A stretch of 64,000 nt of DNA from Nitrospira sp. (GTDB lineage: Bacteria; Nitrospirota; Nitrospiria; Nitrospirales; Nitrospiraceae). Position numbers and translations under genes: made by a program. The notes under the pieces were generated by a model. The model searched no databases and was not told the origin of the DNA. It was given only the letters and a program-made list of their open reading frames with translations. Positions 49,130 to 59,095 of this stretch are shown one piece after another; position 1 is the stretch's first letter, and each line of letters opens with the position of its first letter. The DNA is taken from the NCBI GenBank assembly GCA_047150005.1, contig AP038806.1:3968001-4032000 (forward strand), in the 5' to 3' direction.

Positions 49130-49891
49130 TCACGTCGGATCAGGGAGGGATGTCCGGCGCCAACGAAGACATTGTTTCAGACCTGCCTCGACACAGCGAG
49201 TGACGAGGCGCGCGATCATCGATCCGATTTGGGTGTGCGTACCGCTGTATTGGATCCTGTGGCAACCTCGACTGCCGGCGGCCACCACGACCGCATCCGT
49301 GCCTGTACCGGTCGCAGATCCACGGCCGGATGCACTGGGGATAGATCGCCCGAGCAGGACCGCCGTCTTACTCTCCGTAGCTACCTGAACGGCTCCCACC
49401 ATTGCCGACGCCGTCAACGTCGCATTCGTAACGAGAATGATATTGATCGTGCCGTACCGACTACGCCCGCGCACCCCGAGATCACGCCGTACCGGTTCGC
49501 CAGCCATAACGGCATTCGCGACTCCGACCGTGCAGAAACATTCGACCCACACCCCATCCTTCGCCTCTCGACGGCGCACTAACTGTGTCATCGGCACGGC
49601 CGTCATGAGCCCGACCACCGGCCGATCTGCCCCCAACCGGTCCGCCAGCATGCTGAGAAACCGTGCCGGGTCACGCCAATGCGGTATGGCTTTCGAGGCT
49701 TGATCCCTTCGCGTCCCGATCGCCACCGGGTTTGCGGCCACTTGGTGGTTCAGAATGGAGCGCGCTCGGACCAACCCGCCTCCTCCCGGCGCAGACGACA
49801 AGACCCGATGCACGCCATCCAGACGGAGTACCAGCGTATTCAGCACCACCTGGTGCTTGACCACAAATCGTGCGCGTTTTTTGCTGATCAC
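49130..49891 (-). CDS. cbiZ: Adenosylcobinamide amidohydrolase
   Basis: LSSAPGGGG, VGLMTAV, TVGVANA, GTINII, TESK, ATGTGTDAVVV. Confidence 0.9.
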   Translation of the reverse strand: MISKKRARFVVKHQVVLNTLVLRLDGVHRVLSSAPGGGGLVRARSILNHQVAANPVAIGTRRDQASKAIPHWRDPARFLSMLADRLGADRPVVGLMTAVPMTQLVRRREAKDGVWVECFCTVGVANAVMAGEPVRRDLGVRGRSRYGTINIILVTNATLTASAMVGAVQVATESKTAVLLGRSIPSASGRGSATGTGTDAVVVAAGSRGCHRIQYSGTHTQIGSMIARLVTRCVEAGLKQCLRWRRTSLPDPT

Positions 49892-51006
49892 GGCATGCCC
49901 CGCAGGAGTTGTCGCAGGGTAGAGACCATCCGATCGTTCTCCGGCCTCGTACGTACGGCAACCCGAATCGAGCGGGACGTAAGCCCGGGCACACGGGAAC
50001 AGTCTCGAACCAGGATCCCTCTTCGCTTCAACGCCTCGGTCGCGCTGTGTGCTCGATCCGGCAGTTCGAGCAGCAGAAAATTCGCACGAGAGGGAAACAC
50101 CCTGAGCCTCGGAATACCGGCCAGGAGTGTCGAGAAACGTTTGCGTTCCTCTTCCATATACGCCAGGGACCGCCGGACATATCGCCGGTCGTTCATCGCG
50201 GTTTCCGCCGCCGCTTGGGCGAAGCTATTGACCGACCATGGCGGTTGATGTCGGCGCACCGTCTCGGCAATCGAGGGGGCGCAGACACTGTATCCGATGC
50301 GGAGACCGGGCAGCGCGTAGAACTTCGTGAAACTTCTCAGCACAATCAATCGAGGGTAACGTTGCAACATGGGAAGCAGCGACAGGCCCTCACAGTATTC
50401 CGTAAACGTTTCGTCGAGAATCAACCAGGCACCGGACTGATCGATCCGGCCGACAAACTCTGCCAACTCATCGGATTCGCATGCCTGACCTGTCGGACTG
50501 TTCGGATTGCAGAGAAACACCGCGGAAGAGGCCCGATCACGTCGTCCGGCCGCCCAAATCCACCTGGCGGCTTTATCCAGCGGCGGGCGATAGCCGTCTC
50601 GTCTCCTCGCCCACACGACATGCACCTTTGCGTCCGCCAAGTTCAATGCAGCGCCGTATTCAGAGAACGTGGGGCCCACAACCAGCGCCGAACGAATGCA
50701 CAACACACGAGGAAGGAGATGGATCAGCTCGGTCGATCCGTTTCCGATGACAAAGTGCAGCGGCGACAATCTCCATCGCGATGCGAGCGCCCGCCTCAGA
50801 CTCCCGCAGTCTGGATCAGGATAGTGTCTCATCAGACGCTCTTTTTCATGAACCAGCATCCGATCAACCTTCAGCGACGGCCCAAGCGGATTGATGCTGG
50901 CACTGAAATCAAGAAGTGAAGACGATCGTCGTCCCAACTCAGCCGCTACCGCATGGATATTCCCCCCGTGTTTATCCGCCGCCCTCAGCGCCACAAGAGT
51001 CCCCAT
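49888..51006 (-). CDS. cobD: L-threonine-O-3-phosphate decarboxylase
   Basis: HGGNI, DFSASINPLG, YPDP, CNPNSPTG, DETF, RSFTKFYALPGLRIGY. Confidence 0.92.
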   Translation of the reverse strand: MGTLVALRAADKHGGNIHAVAAELGRRSSSLLDFSASINPLGPSLKVDRMLVHEKERLMRHYPDPDCGSLRRALASRWRLSPLHFVIGNGSTELIHLLPRVLCIRSALVVGPTFSEYGAALNLADAKVHVVWARRRDGYRPPLDKAARWIWAAGRRDRASSAVFLCNPNSPTGQACESDELAEFVGRIDQSGAWLILDETFTEYCEGLSLLPMLQRYPRLIVLRSFTKFYALPGLRIGYSVCAPSIAETVRRHQPPWSVNSFAQAAAETAMNDRRYVRRSLAYMEEERKRFSTLLAGIPRLRVFPSRANFLLLELPDRAHSATEALKRRGILVRDCSRVPGLTSRSIRVAVRTRPENDRMVSTLRQLLRGMP

Positions 51007-51938
51007 GCGACTGCAAGGCCCAGAAGATAGGCGGTCGTCATCACTTGCTTGGCCTGATCAATATGCACAATCGCCAAGGGTTCGACGGGGTCGCCGAGAA
51101 ATGGCCGTTCCTGCGGGATACCGTGATAGTAATTGGTGCCTCCGAGCCGAATGCCGAGCGCGCCCGCCATCGAAGCCTCCGGCCTGCCGCTGTTTGGGCT
51201 GGGATGTTTGCGTCCGTCCTGCCAGAGGGTGCGGACGCTCCGCATGAACGGCGCTGGACGTCGAAATACCAGCGCGGTCGCGAGGACGATTAGCACCGCC
51301 GTGATGCGCGCGGGGATCCAATTGGCCAGATCATCGAGCCGGGCTGACGCCCAACCGAATTCCCGATACCGCTCGTCACGATGCCCCACCAAGGAATCCA
51401 ACGTAGAGACCGCTTTATAGGCCAACGCAAGCGGAGCGCCTCCCAGCATCAGATAGAACAACGGGGCGATGATCCCGTCAGACGCACTTTCTGCAACTGT
51501 CTCCACCGTGGCCCTCACGATTTCCGGCTCGGATAGATGGTTCGTGTCGCGTCCGACGATCCTGCTCAACGCCGCGCGGGCTTCGTGCCAAGACCGAATC
51601 TTCAGCGGGTTACTTACGCCGACGACATGATCGACGAGATCGCGCCAGGCAAGGGTGGTGAAAGCCAGCCAGACTTCCAGACCTCGTCCGAGCCACTCGT
51701 GCACGGCCGTTCCCACCGTTATCAACGCCCAGGCCAGGACGAACGTCAGGCTCGGAAGACTCACCGCCAACAGCACGCCAGCCATGCGAAGGGCTCCGGG
51801 TCCCTTGCACCACGGCCGTATGGCTCGTTCGAATCCTTGGACGACGCGACCCATGCTGCGGACAGGATGGGGCAGCCAGCGTGGGTCGCCGACAAGCGCA
51901 TCGAGCAGACTAGCCAACAGAAGGTCTCCCGGTATCAC
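50985..51938 (-). CDS. cbiB: Adenosylcobinamide-phosphate synthase
   Basis: GTGA overlap with cobS; GDPRWLPHPV, IVGRDT, AE..SDG, STLDSLVGH, HPSPNSG.PEA. Confidence 0.94.
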   Translation of the reverse strand: MIPGDLLLASLLDALVGDPRWLPHPVRSMGRVVQGFERAIRPWCKGPGALRMAGVLLAVSLPSLTFVLAWALITVGTAVHEWLGRGLEVWLAFTTLAWRDLVDHVVGVSNPLKIRSWHEARAALSRIVGRDTNHLSEPEIVRATVETVAESASDGIIAPLFYLMLGGAPLALAYKAVSTLDSLVGHRDERYREFGWASARLDDLANWIPARITAVLIVLATALVFRRPAPFMRSVRTLWQDGRKHPSPNSGRPEASMAGALGIRLGGTNYYHGIPQERPFLGDPVEPLAIVHIDQAKQVMTTAYLLGLAVAWGLLWR

Positions 51939-52699
51939 AACGGACGCCACAGCAAGGGAAACAGTACGAGAAAGCACATTTCTACCGACTCATTGGTCGT
52001 CCCAAGCGTATCGCCCGTGATACCGCCGAAGGCCCGGCGATAACTCCAGGTCAACAACCGGCTCACTGACGCGCCGACTCCCAAGATGGCCAGCGCCGGA
52101 TACAGGCCTACAGCCCAGCCCAAGGGACAGGCAGCGACGGCGGTCGCCCCCGACACCTGTCGCCACGAAAGATGGGCGAGAAACGGCGAGGCGAGGCCGC
52201 CTTCTGCTCTGGCATGAGTCGCTCCATAGGCCCCGACGACCATGGCCCACCGTCCCACCACAGGCATGCAGAGCAGGGTGGAAAATCGCGCGGCTTCGGG
52301 CAGAGCGGCCACCGCGGCACAACGCAGAATCAGCGAAAGGGCGAGCCCCGCCGCGCCGAGGGCACCGATGCGAGGATCCCGCATGATCGCCAGTCGGTCG
52401 GAAGGAGCGCGGCCGCCCGCCAGCCCATCAAGCGTGTCGGCGAGCCCGTCTTGATGAAGTCCGCGCGTCAACGCCACCAACAGCCCCACACACAAAACCG
52501 CAGACACCTCATGGGAAAGCCAACGTGTTAAGAGGAGATCCCCCGCAGCGACGACCACGCCCAGTCCGATCCCGACGAAGGGATACCAGACCATCGAGCC
52601 GGCGAGTTCAGCCGGGTTTGGGTCATGATGGCGTCGGCTCAGTGGAACGGACGTCAGGAACTGCCACGCGACAATCAAGGTTCGCTGGCTTGCCGTCAT
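51935..52699 (-). CDS. cobS: Adenosylcobinamide-GDP ribazoletransferase (cobalamin synthase)
   Basis: FLTSVP, GLHQDGLADTLDG, IMRDPRIGA, GGITGDTLG. Confidence 0.95.
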   Translation of the reverse strand: MTASQRTLIVAWQFLTSVPLSRRHHDPNPAELAGSMVWYPFVGIGLGVVVAAGDLLLTRWLSHEVSAVLCVGLLVALTRGLHQDGLADTLDGLAGGRAPSDRLAIMRDPRIGALGAAGLALSLILRCAAVAALPEAARFSTLLCMPVVGRWAMVVGAYGATHARAEGGLASPFLAHLSWRQVSGATAVAACPLGWAVGLYPALAILGVGASVSRLLTWSYRRAFGGITGDTLGTTNESVEMCFLVLFPLLWRPL

Positions 52700-53751
52700 G
52701 AACCCCGCTCCGAGACGCCCGCCTCGCCGAACGTCGCCATCTCGACAAGGATCTTCACGGCCGCCTGAACGAGACCCATTCCCAGACAGGCGCCGGTCCC
52801 TTCTCCCAATCGCAGTTCCAGATCAAGCAGCGGTTTCAACTGCAGATGTTCGAGCAGGACGTCATGACCGCGCTCGACCGAGCGATGAGCGGCGATGAGA
52901 TAGTGTCGGCAGCGTGGCTGCAACCCGCAAGCAATGAGTGCAGCGGCACCGGCAATAAACCCGTCGAGTACGACCGGAATGCGCGCTGCCGCGCATCCGA
53001 CAATGAGTCCGGCCAAACCGGCGATCTCGAGTCCTCCGATTTTGGCGAGCACATCCATCGCATCCATCGGATCGGGCCGGTGGCGCGCCAAGGCCCGTTC
53101 GATCACTTCCACCTTGGCCTTACGACCTTGCTCGTCGATTCCTGTTCCCCGCCCGGTCACATGATCCACCATGGATCCGGTCATGACCGCCGTGATCGCG
53201 GCGCTCGCGGTGGTATTGCCGATCCCCATTTCTCCCGTCCCGATCAACCCGACTCCTTCACCCGCCGCGGCAGTGGCCAAGTCGACGCCGATCGCGCAAG
53301 CCCTTTCCGCGATATCCCTGGGCATGGCGTCTTCCCTGGCCATGTTCCGAGTGGACTGCATCAGTTTTCGGTCAAGAAGTCCCGGAAGCGGTCCAAACTC
53401 ATGCGCCACACCGATATCGACGACCCGAACCTCAATGCCTTCATGCCGCGCAAGCACGTTGACGCCGGCTCCGCCTCGGAGGAAGTTCTTGACCATCTGA
53501 GCCGTCACGTCTCGCGGATACGCGCTCACGCCTTCATCCACAACCCCATGGTCCGCAGCCAAAGTGAAGAGGACTCCGCGGGGCACAGAGGGCTTGCGTT
53601 CTCCGATCATTGCGCAGTACTGGACAGCCAATTCCTCCAGCCGACCCAGACTTCCTTGAGGCTTCGTCAATCGATCCAGCCGGCGCTGCGTATCGACGGC
53701 TGCCGAAGCGTCCACATTTCGCACCGACGCGATGGCTTCTTCAAGCGTCAT
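52696..53751 (-). CDS. cobT: Nicotinate-nucleotide-dimethylbenzimidazole phosphoribosyltransferase
   Basis: LTKPQGSLGRLE, AADHGV, GEMGIGNTT, DGFI, LRLGEGTGA. Confidence 0.96.
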   Translation of the reverse strand: MTLEEAIASVRNVDASAAVDTQRRLDRLTKPQGSLGRLEELAVQYCAMIGERKPSVPRGVLFTLAADHGVVDEGVSAYPRDVTAQMVKNFLRGGAGVNVLARHEGIEVRVVDIGVAHEFGPLPGLLDRKLMQSTRNMAREDAMPRDIAERACAIGVDLATAAAGEGVGLIGTGEMGIGNTTASAAITAVMTGSMVDHVTGRGTGIDEQGRKAKVEVIERALARHRPDPMDAMDVLAKIGGLEIAGLAGLIVGCAAARIPVVLDGFIAGAAALIACGLQPRCRHYLIAAHRSVERGHDVLLEHLQLKPLLDLELRLGEGTGACLGMGLVQAAVKILVEMATFGEAGVSERGS

Positions 53752-53760
53752 GGTATCTCC

Positions 53761-54315
53761 CTATTTCAATCGAATGCTGAGTCCGCTCACCACCAGGTGC
53801 GTTTCGTCAGCCTCGTTTGCAATCAACTGATTGATTGCGCCAGCCAATTCCCTGAAACGGCGACTGACCGCGTCACCTGGAACGATCCCCATTCCCAACT
53901 CGTTCGCCACCAACACGATCCGCGCCCCCGTTCGCCGGGCAGCATCGAGAACGCTCTGCATGTCCTGAACGATCCGGGCGTCCCGTCTTCCTCGTCCGCA
54001 TTGATTCGACAGCCACATGGTCACACAATCCACCACGATAACTCGATGCGCTCTGCCGTATCTCCTGATCCATCCGGTCAAGTTCAAGGGCACTTCGGCC
54101 GTGATCCAGGTCGCCGGCCTGGACGACCGGTGGCGGGCAATCCGATCGGTCATTTCCTTATCCAGGGCTTGACCGGTAGCGACGAAAGCCCGCGAGGCAG
54201 TCTGGCCGATTCCCTTCACCGCGAGCCGGAGGGCTGCGTCACTCTTTCCGGATGAGGCGCCGCCCAGGACAAACAGCAATCGAGAAGACTGTCTTTTGAC
54301 CTGCATCCTAGTCAT
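53761..54315 (-). CDS. cobU: Adenosylcobinamide kinase/guanylyltransferase
   Basis: GGASSGKS, RIARHR..RP, VDCVTMWLSN, NELGMGIVP. Confidence 0.95.
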   Translation of the reverse strand: MTRMQVKRQSSRLLFVLGGASSGKSDAALRLAVKGIGQTASRAFVATGQALDKEMTDRIARHRSSRPATWITAEVPLNLTGWIRRYGRAHRVIVVDCVTMWLSNQCGRGRRDARIVQDMQSVLDAARRTGARIVLVANELGMGIVPGDAVSRRFRELAGAINQLIANEADETHLVVSGLSIRLK

Positions 54316-55804
54316 GTCCATCGACCAGGCTGTCGATCACGGTCATCGACACATGTTCCTCGATAAAGTCGGCCCATTGATCCAGTCTGGCATCGAGCGT
54401 GAGGCTTCGAGTTTCTGGAATGGGCGCCCATCCTCTTGCTGCCCGCAACTCGTTGACCCACCAACGTCGAAACGGCGCCGAGTCGAACAACCCATGGAGG
54501 TAGGTTCCAAATACATGCCCCCCTGTACTCGAAATGCCATCGTTCAGTATTTTCAATGTATTATCATCATATATTTCAAGAAATGCTGGAAGTGTATCGC
54601 TATCGGATGTTCGCCCCATTCTTACTTGGTACCCGGACAGCGGAAGCCCGCTTTTCACATGGCGTCCTGATACGGCCTGTACAACTTTCGTGGCGGCGAA
54701 TACCGTCTCGACAGGCAAGAGCCCGAGGCCGGCCACTCTCACCTCATCCGATTCCACATGATCCGGGTCGCTGATGATGCGGCCCAGCAACTGGTAGCCG
54801 GCACAAATCCCGCCAACTGTTCCCCCCTCGTCCAAGACTCGATGCGCCAGGCGATCGAATCCATTCGCCCGGACAAACCCGAGCGCTTGGACCGTCTTCT
54901 TGGAACCTGGGAACAACAACGCGTCCAAACGGCGATCGGTTGTCTGATCCAGCGGAACCACTTCCACATCCGCCTCACCTGCCAACGGCTCAAAGTCCGT
55001 CGCATTCGAAATAGCAGGCACATCGACAATACCGATGACGATCCGATCAGGACTATCGCGCTGGCGAGACCGATGCCCTTTCCAACCCCAGGAATCCTCT
55101 TCAGGAAGCTCCAGGTCTCTCCAATGAGGAAGCACGCCGGCGCATTGCATCCCCGTATCGCGAATAACCCGGTCGATCCCTTCCGCAAGAAGGCGGGAAT
55201 CTCCTCGAAACTTGTTGATCGCGAAGGCCTTCAGTAAACGACGATCCGCTTCGTCGAGCAGGGTCCAGGTCCCCACCAGTGAGGCAAACACCCCGCCCCG
55301 ATCGATATCGCCGACCAGCAAGACCCGCGCATCGGCATGCTGCGCCATCGCCATGTTGACGACATCGCACTCTCTCAGATTCACTTCGGCGGGGCTGCCT
55401 GCTCCTTCGAGCACGATCAGATCGAACTCCTCATCCAGACGGGAGAATGCTGCTTGGATGTTGTCCCAGTACTTGCGGCGAATCAGGCCGAAATCTCCAG
55501 CGCACAGAGTTCCCGCAACCTCCCCGTCCACGATAAGCTGCGCGGACGTCTCGCCGCCTGGCTTGATCAGGACGGGATTGAAGTCCGCTCGCGGAGCCAC
55601 ACGGCATGCCGCCGCCTGAACCGCCTGGGCACGGCCGATTTCCTTTCCGTCCGGCGTAACGAAGGAATTGTTCGACATGTTCTGTGCCTTGAAGGGGGCC
55701 ACCCGGAAACCGCGGCGGTGATACAAGCGGCAGAGACCCGCCGTGAGCACGGACTTGCCAACATGAGACGCTGTACCTTGCACCATGAGTCTGCGCGCCG
55801 CCAT
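54308..55804 (-). CDS. cobQ: Cobyric acid synthase
   Basis: MVQGTASHVGKS, PFKAQNMSNNS, EGAGSPAEVNL, GDIDRGG, GICAGYQ, GTYLHG. Confidence 0.96.
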   Translation of the reverse strand: MAARRLMVQGTASHVGKSVLTAGLCRLYHRRGFRVAPFKAQNMSNNSFVTPDGKEIGRAQAVQAAACRVAPRADFNPVLIKPGGETSAQLIVDGEVAGTLCAGDFGLIRRKYWDNIQAAFSRLDEEFDLIVLEGAGSPAEVNLRECDVVNMAMAQHADARVLLVGDIDRGGVFASLVGTWTLLDEADRRLLKAFAINKFRGDSRLLAEGIDRVIRDTGMQCAGVLPHWRDLELPEEDSWGWKGHRSRQRDSPDRIVIGIVDVPAISNATDFEPLAGEADVEVVPLDQTTDRRLDALLFPGSKKTVQALGFVRANGFDRLAHRVLDEGGTVGGICAGYQLLGRIISDPDHVESDEVRVAGLGLLPVETVFAATKVVQAVSGRHVKSGLPLSGYQVRMGRTSDSDTLPAFLEIYDDNTLKILNDGISSTGGHVFGTYLHGLFDSAPFRRWWVNELRAARGWAPIPETRSLTLDARLDQWADFIEEHVSMTVIDSLVDGHD

Positions 55805-55816
55805 GTCTGGCTGTCC

Positions 55817-56410
55817 CTAGCCGGATTCCTTCGGTTCTCGCTCCCAGAGAAACTCCGGCTCTCCGCGTTGCTTGGCCGCCCATCGAGCCAGCACGAACAA
55901 CGCATCGCTCAGGCGATTTAAGAATTTGTTCATCTGGGGATCCACCGTTTCTTCCTTGGCCAGCCGAATGCACACCCGTTCGGCACGCCGACAGATCGTT
56001 CTGGCCTGGTGGAGCGTAGCCGACACTTTTCCTCCTCCCGGCAGGATAAATTCCTTGAGCGGAGCGAGATCCTTTTGGCACCGATCGATCATACGCTCAA
56101 GCTTCACGACATCCTGCGCAGTGACCGTCGGCATGTTCTTGAATGACTGACCGGGCGCTGTGGCCAGGATACTGCCGAGATCGAAGAGCTTGTTCTGGAC
56201 CCAGCGAAGGTCTTCTTCAAGTCGTGTCGCCGAATCCGTCGCCAGAGCTGACTCCTCGTTCATCGCTCGAACAAGACCGACCGATGCGTTCAGTTCGTCC
56301 ACAGTGCCGTAGGCTTCGACTCTAAGGCTGTCTTTCCAAACCTGTTGCCCGCCGGCCAGCCTGGTTTGCCCCGCATCTCCCGTCCTGGTATAGACTTTCG
56401 TAATTCGCAT
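55817..56410 (-). CDS. PduO-type ATP:cob(I)alamin adenosyltransferase
   Basis: KVYTRTGDAG.T, EAYGTVDELN, FILPGG, RTICRRAER, NRLSD. Confidence 0.94.
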   Translation of the reverse strand: MRITKVYTRTGDAGQTRLAGGQQVWKDSLRVEAYGTVDELNASVGLVRAMNEESALATDSATRLEEDLRWVQNKLFDLGSILATAPGQSFKNMPTVTAQDVVKLERMIDRCQKDLAPLKEFILPGGGKVSATLHQARTICRRAERVCIRLAKEETVDPQMNKFLNRLSDALFVLARWAAKQRGEPEFLWEREPKESG

Positions 56411-56426
56411 GCCATGCCTCATTGCC

Positions 56427-56633
56427 TCATTGAGCACCGGGAACACGACCGAGCCCCAGTTCTCCGCTAATCACCTTCCGAAGACACACGGGACAGAGAC
56501 AATCCTTGAATTCCCGCTCGATCCAATCCATCTGCTGTTCCGTCACGCCGAGATGCCCACACCAACAACGGTATTGTCCGCATTCGAATGGCTGGCTGCA
56601 GGCTTCACATATCTTGTTGATCGGACCCACCAT
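56427..56633 (-). CDS. Cysteine-rich CWC-family small protein
   Basis: CEAC...FEC...CWC...DCLCPVCL pattern. Confidence 0.8.
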   Translation of the reverse strand: MVGPINKICEACSQPFECGQYRCWCGHLGVTEQQMDWIEREFKDCLCPVCLRKVISGELGLGRVPGAQ

Positions 56634-56731
56634 GTCGTCCAGCTGAATATCCTCGCGCAGCCGCTCATGCGTGACCAGGGGCTTGGTGGCAGCTTACCTG
56701 CCGGCCATGTCCGGCCGCATGCTTTCCGCAA

Positions 56732-58801
56732 CTACAACGGCACGTCAAAATTCACTCTTACTCCACCGAACACCGATCGAATAGGAGTACCGAAGAACAG
56801 CACCTCTTCGTACTTCTGATTAAAAATATTATCGGCTCGTCCATAAATTTGAACGGTCTTATTGAGGTTGTACGTTGCGGAGGCGTTGAAGACATAGAAC
56901 GACGGCACGGATTGCTGATTACTCACGTCGTTGAAGCGCTGCCCTGCGTAGCGGCCTTCCAGGTTGGCCCGTAGCGCATCGATCGGCTGATAGCTCAGAA
57001 CCGTGGACCATTGATGCAAAGGCCACTGAGGTAGGCGTGTATCGGCATTGTTTGTCACGTTTTCCGTGCTCGTGTACGTGTATTGAAACTGCAGATCTAA
57101 ACTCTTGACCCCGGGTCGATCACGAATGATTTGAAGCTTCGCGCTCGCCTCGACACCTTCCGCTCTGGACGCGCCGACGTTTTGGGCGCAAAAACCAAAC
57201 GCCGTGAAGCCGCACCCGACCGGATCGAAGACCGACAGGATGAGATTTTGATACCGGTTCCAGAAATAGCCCACGCTGAGGACCACCCGATCGTTGAACA
57301 GCGATTGATCTAAGGCCACGTCCATCCCTTTGCTCTTCTCCGGTTTCAGGTTTGGATTGCCGAAATCGGGAAAGAACAGCTGATTGATCGTCGGCGCCCG
57401 AAACCCGGTCCCATAGCTGCCCCGTAGCTTGGTGCCGGTTTCCTTGTGCAGATAACCTCCCGTCAGACGATAGGTCGTCGCGCTACCGAAGACATTATAT
57501 TCGTCTTGTCGAATACCGGCCGTTCCGAACAATCGGTCCCAGAGATTCAACTTCGCTTCGGCAAAGCCCGCGTTGCTGCTAATGACCTTGCTTGGAATGG
57601 GGGTGGTGCCGGCAAGCGTATCGAAATTCTCTCCGATCTGTTCGCGAAATTGGTATCCGGCGGTCAACACCACAGGCTTGGCAACCTGAAAATCATGCTG
57701 CCATTCGATGCGGTTGCTCGTCGTGTCGATTTCGGAGTTAAACGCAAAGGGCACGCCCACGGCCCCGGTCACAAGATTGCGCTCGACCGTCCCGGATACT
57801 GTAGCGAGACTCTCCGTGGCGCGCGCCAGTGTCAGTTTTTGCGACCACCAATTCGTAATGGGTTGCATATAGCTGCCCGAGTACACGTACTGCTGGCTTT
57901 GTGTCTTAGCGCCGAGCACATCGGCGGGATCCGAGCCGAATGTGGTGGGATTGAATGCAAATCCATCGAGATTGGTGATCCCGTTCATCCACCGAAAGTT
58001 GAACTCCAATCGTCCGTCTTTGGGGAGATCCACACCGAGCCGGACAGACCCCTGCCAATTATGAAATCCGTCCCGTTCGCTTGCTCCGCGCCGGTAGTTG
58101 ATGGCGGAGAAGTTCGCTGTGTCCCAGCGAGTGAGTGCCGCCGTGATATCGACCGCCCCCTTTTTCCCTGAAAGAGTCGCGCCTTCTCGCAGCGTGACGA
58201 ACGATCCGTACTCCGAGAACGCGGAGATGTTCGGCGTCTCGCGCCCACGCTTGGTGGTGATGTTGATGACGCCTCCCATGGCGTCGGAGCCCCACATCAT
58301 GCCCTGACTGCCCCTTAAGATTTCAATCCGCTCGATGTTATCGCTCGTCAAATTGGCGAAGTCATAGGAGCCGATCGTGGCGCTATTGACGATGGCTCCG
58401 TCGATCAATACCAACGTCTGCTCCGGTGTCCCTCCCCTCATCCGTACACTCACGGATGTCCCAGGGCCTCCACTTTGGAAGACGGCAAGTCCCTGCCCCC
58501 ACCGCAGCGCTTCCGCGACGGTTCTCACTCTCCGTTGCTCCATCTGCTCACCAGTCATGATCTCCACGGCGCTTGTGACGTGCTTAACCGGAATTTCAGT
58601 CTTCGTTGCACTGATCACGACTTCCGGAGTTTCGAGAACTTCCGGCCCGTCGGCCGACGCGCCTTCCCGAGCTGCGGAGGCGGGATCTACCTCATGGCCA
58701 GATATTGGCGCTTCCTCGGCGGAAGCCGCATAAAGTGGGACGGAAATGCCGAGCGCGAACACTAGTGCCCGAAGCACAAACGAAACGCAAACCGACGACA
58801 T
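56732..58801 (-). CDS. btuB: TonB-dependent cobalamin receptor (BtuB-like)
   Basis: Signal peptide, VVISATK TonB box, plug IERIEILRG, GFRAPT, NPNLKPE; sits in a riboswitch-controlled cob operon. Confidence 0.88.
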   Translation of the reverse strand: MSSVCVSFVLRALVFALGISVPLYAASAEEAPISGHEVDPASAAREGASADGPEVLETPEVVISATKTEIPVKHVTSAVEIMTGEQMEQRRVRTVAEALRWGQGLAVFQSGGPGTSVSVRMRGGTPEQTLVLIDGAIVNSATIGSYDFANLTSDNIERIEILRGSQGMMWGSDAMGGVINITTKRGRETPNISAFSEYGSFVTLREGATLSGKKGAVDITAALTRWDTANFSAINYRRGASERDGFHNWQGSVRLGVDLPKDGRLEFNFRWMNGITNLDGFAFNPTTFGSDPADVLGAKTQSQQYVYSGSYMQPITNWWSQKLTLARATESLATVSGTVERNLVTGAVGVPFAFNSEIDTTSNRIEWQHDFQVAKPVVLTAGYQFREQIGENFDTLAGTTPIPSKVISSNAGFAEAKLNLWDRLFGTAGIRQDEYNVFGSATTYRLTGGYLHKETGTKLRGSYGTGFRAPTINQLFFPDFGNPNLKPEKSKGMDVALDQSLFNDRVVLSVGYFWNRYQNLILSVFDPVGCGFTAFGFCAQNVGASRAEGVEASAKLQIIRDRPGVKSLDLQFQYTYTSTENVTNNADTRLPQWPLHQWSTVLSYQPIDALRANLEGRYAGQRFNDVSNQQSVPSFYVFNASATYNLNKTVQIYGRADNIFNQKYEEVLFFGTPIRSVFGGVRVNFDVPL

Positions 58802-58837
58802 GACAACCTCCCTTTGACTCGAAGGGCGCTATGGCTC

Positions 58838-58985
58838 CCGTCAGTTGGGTCTCCTGACTTGCGGCTCATCGCTTCTCTGCGCCTTCCCGTGGATTCACAT
58901 CCACAGTGGCGTTTCGGCAGAGTTGCTCCCCGCTTACAGTGGCGGCACCGTGATGGATTTGCACCATCTTCCCCGGCGCTGACGG
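58838..58985 (-). ncRNA. Cobalamin riboswitch (internal, upstream of btuB)
   Basis: GGGGAAG-ATGG-TGCAAAT-CCAT, GCCACTGTAA, GCCACTG...GGGAAGGC, AGTCAGGAGACC B12 box; P1 CCGTCAG/CTGACGG. Confidence 0.92.
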
Positions 58986-59095
58986 TGTATGTGTGTTGAT
59001 CCCCTTCTAAATGTTATGCACCCGGCTTGTCTTGCAGAAGGAGCGGGTGCGGCTCCCTCATGCTCACATTCAGCGGCTTCATGGCCCAAATCCGC

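Noticed and set aside
52846..54255. 469-aa plus-strand ORF spanning cobT and cobU
   Set aside because: Antisense shadow with no recognisable domain
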